A stretch of DNA of 63,887 nucleotides, the filler included, from Choristocarpus tenellus KU-1152 (lineage: Eukaryota; Protista; Phaeophyceae), in assembly GCA_964200185.2 (NCBI GenBank). It is 6 parts of 6 records of this genome, joined end to end, with 100 filler letters (N's around TTAATTAATTAA, not from the genome) between each part and the next. Parts side by side here need not be neighbours in the genome. Positions count along the whole stretch, not along the records: positions 60,861 to 63,887 come from CAXNAD020022843.1; 5 more parts are not named here. One strand, written 5' to 3'. Below are positions 60,947 through 63,887 of the stretch, one piece after another (position 1 is the stretch's first letter; each line of letters opens with the position of its first letter). The translations under genes were made by a program, and so were the position numbers. Below the pieces are notes generated by a model. The model had not been told where the DNA came from, searched no databases, and worked only from the letters and a program-made list of their open reading frames with translations.

Positions 60947-63887
60947 CTTGGGGTTCTTGATCTGCATAGCCCTCCTGTACTTCACATCTGATTTGTCAAG
61001 CCTCAGTCGAGAGCAGTGGAAGCACACCGATCGCAGAACCTTCAACACAACATCCAAAAAGCCCACATGGAACACAGGCCGCGCAAGCTAATATTGACAT
61101 GCCCCCCCCCCCCCAGCACATGCAAGAGGTTGATGGCATGGCCCAAACACCCAAACACACACCAACACATTATTTCCAGCCAAACATTTTTTTTTCGTTA
61201 TATATACATACATACATGCGAGTGTATATATCGAGCATTGATGGACAAGAACAAAAAAGAATACAAAAAAAATAAAAATCGTAACACCCGCAAGAAAATA
61301 GACATCCATCGCCCAGGCACAAAACAAAACATTTTTTTTTTAAATAACAAAAAAAGACAAAAACAACAAAAGGACAAGGACAAGGGCAATAAATAAATAA
61401 AAAAACGGAGACACATCCAACAGCGAGGCGAGGAGGACAAGGGAGGGAGGTAGGGGAGAGGCAATGCCTTGAGAGAGGGCATGGCAATGCATTCATCGAT
61501 GAAGGCGGTCTAGAGGGTGCGCAGAGGGGGGGATTCAAAGGAGGAAGGGAGTCACGCTACTCACAGAGGACACAAAAAGGGCACCCCTGTGAGGGTACCT
61601 GAGAGCAGCAACAGGAGCAAACAGATAGGTGAGGATGAAGAGGGTAAGCTGAACGTGAGAGCCTCTTCTTGGTTGAAATCTGCACACAGGCTACACGTTT
61701 CATTGGGCGAAAAAAAAAAGTATTTTCTTACAACCATATTTTTCAACCAATGAAACGGCACAAATCAACACTTTCATCGTATCGCCATTCCCACTGCCAT
61801 AAAAAAAAAACATAAACACACACACACACATATATACATACTCCGAGTATATAAATGCCTCCGAAATGGTCAAGATCATCCACAGAGCAACAGGCACGCA
61901 AACCATTCCAATTTTTTTTTATCAAAAATTGAATAATAAAAAAATAAAAAATCAGGCGGGGTGAGGTGTGAAGCGCTGTGACTCTCACTTACTCGTCTAG
62001 ACGGCCTCTTTTTGCATCAAGAACGGACCAGGAACCATCATTCCGTCCAGAATAAATCCGCAGAACAGTGGGGGAGGAGGACCTCTACCAAGAAAGGAGA
62101 CAATACTACATGGATGACACACACTAGGCCCCAGAAAACAATCTACCAACACGACCCATCAAGTCACAACTTTCAAGCCCTCGTGACTGCAGTGACACGC
62201 GTACTGAGTCAGACGGTCTGTAATAAAAAAAAGCAAGTAAATTAAAACACGCCATAATTGTCATTGAAACCCCACTGTCTGCTCACCCACTCCCCTTACC
62301 GCAATATACATAACACACACACATTTCAAATCCAAATAACATCCTATCCAGCCAGAACTCTTGCCCCCTCCCTCTCCCTCTCCCTCTCCCCCTCCCCCCC
62401 CCCCCCCCCCCCTCTTTTCAAGGTATTAGGGTTAGGGACTAAAGGTTGCTATGCTGCTCCAGAGTAACCAATTCTACAGTACAAGACGATCCCACAAGCA
62501 ACCGGATCCAACCTTGCTTTCAGGGTATGAGAGCAAGGTGTCCTCTAGACAATCAATACGGCAACACTCAGTCAGAACAAGCCTTCCCACCCAGTCCCTG
62601 TCCCTAATACCCCCCCTCCTCAAGAGAAATCTGGCCAAATAACAAATTTGGTGCACCCTTTGCTCAAGCCCCACTGGTCTAATCCCTCAATGTGTACAAC
62701 CAATGCAGAATGCGCCAGCCTGCCCTTGTAGACAGACATGACATGAAAATACAAAAAATCTTCAAAATCATTGCATCGCTCGCCCAAAATCAAACGCACA
62801 CCAACAGAGTGTCAAATTGATTATAGGTACAAAATAGATCACTTCGCCGGAGCGATACCTGCTTTTATCATTCCAAGGAGTGTTCACATTGCAACAACCA
62901 CAGCCGGGTCATATCATATTTCGATGCCTTTCAAGATACATCAATCAGGTGGTGCAGTCATAACAAACCCAAAACATATTGCTATTACTCCTATCAAATT
63001 ATTATAAAACACGTTACTAGCTACAAAAGCACCGCATCACGCCTTCCACACTACACTAGAAAATAAAAAGATGTTAAAAAATGCACACCAATCCTGACTG
63101 CTTGTCAATATGGGTCCTCTGCTTGTACCCACGACCCGCACTCTTCCGTTTAACCACTTCAAGGCTGAAACAATAACCCTAACCCTAACCCTAACCCTAA
63201 CCCTAACCCTAACCCCCGAGAACCGAAAAAAAGAGGTGGGCTGTTCAGCACACGTCATTATCCCGTCACTCCGAAGGTTACACTAACATGACTCCCTACA
63301 ACAAGGCCATTACACACCAACTTTAAAGATTTCCCTCCTCCGAATTCGTCTGGAAGGGTACCTCTGATTGCATCATACGTGACAGGCCATCGAAGCTTCA
63401 ACCAATCAAGAGGAAATAGAACAAAAAAAAAAAAATTAAGAATCCAAGCACAAGGACCTAGCAATTATACATCTCCTACCCCTCTCTCCTTCCCAACATT
63501 TTTTTTCATGTACACAAAAGTCCTCTCACAACACCAACACAGTCTCCCATATTCAGACCTTCAAAAAACCCCGGTCCAATTCTCCCCCCCCCACCACCAC
63601 CACCATCCACCCCTCCCCCCCTCCTACAATGACAACGCCTACTACAACGGAACAGAAGCCAAAAACCTGTTCCAATTACCCACCAACGTCCATACAACAC
63701 CGAGCCCTTATGTCCCCAAAAACAACTCGTGATCCTACCAACACCTTCCAGCACCTGTCGCCCAAACCCACCTCCATGTGCCCAAAGTGTCCAGGGCAGT
63801 CGTTGACCTGATTCCCTCCAATCCCCGTATAGGTACAGTCACAAGTGCGGCAGCGTGTGTTAAAGTCCAGCGTGCCCATGCGAGGGT
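60947..63887 (-). CDS. RPB1: RNA polymerase II largest subunit, two N-terminal-region exons (63887-63772 partial; 61087-60947)
   Basis: DPRMGTLDFNTRCRTC...DCPGHFGHME/LARPVFHVGFLDVVLKVLRSVCFHCSRL...IKNPK is the clamp zinc-binding region A. A 2.68-kb phase-0 GT-AG intron separates the exons. Confidence 0.9.
63174..63215. repeat. Interstitial telomere-type repeat (TAACCC)7 in the RPB1 intron
   Basis: Seven perfect TAACCC units (TTAGGG type on the minus strand). Confidence 0.92.

Noticed and set aside
61016-63770. Many short low-complexity ORFs
   Set aside because: They lie within the RPB1 intron and arise from A/C-rich simple sequence.

Overview
Eukaryotic, intron-rich genomic DNA, most likely a photosynthetic stramenopile such as a brown alga. 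That call is inferred from a nuclear plastid-type LepA, a Zn2Cys6 factor, TTAGGG-type repeats and long GT-AG introns. The window is six contigs joined by artificial 100-nt N44-TTAATTAATTAA-N44 linkers (1-21786, 21887-25422, 25523-35385, 35486-40924, 41025-60760, 60861-63887), so gene order across linkers may not be real. Host genes: the 3' end of plastid-type GUF1/LepA; a 9-exon gene of about 3,485 aa with five GAF-like domains around a central Sfi1-like Trp-repeat rod; a Zn2Cys6 factor; PPAN/Ssf1 (Brix); the last exon of an MMACHC-like gene; a profilin-like gene divergent from an RCC1-repeat gene; and two RPB1 exons. Mobile DNA: a 5.26-kb PIF/Harbinger element (transposase and Myb/SANT gene, both decayed, plus a third ORF) flanked by a 285-bp direct repeat that abuts both TIRs; a head-to-head pair of Harbinger transposase relics; a mariner-like relic; and a MITE family with 4-bp TSDs. 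Contig 4 combines a hairpin-containing 77-78-bp tandem array, ~233-bp repeats with an inverted partial copy, and a decayed ParB/Srx-like (NGQHR) gene. All assignments come from motif recognition by eye; no searches were run.
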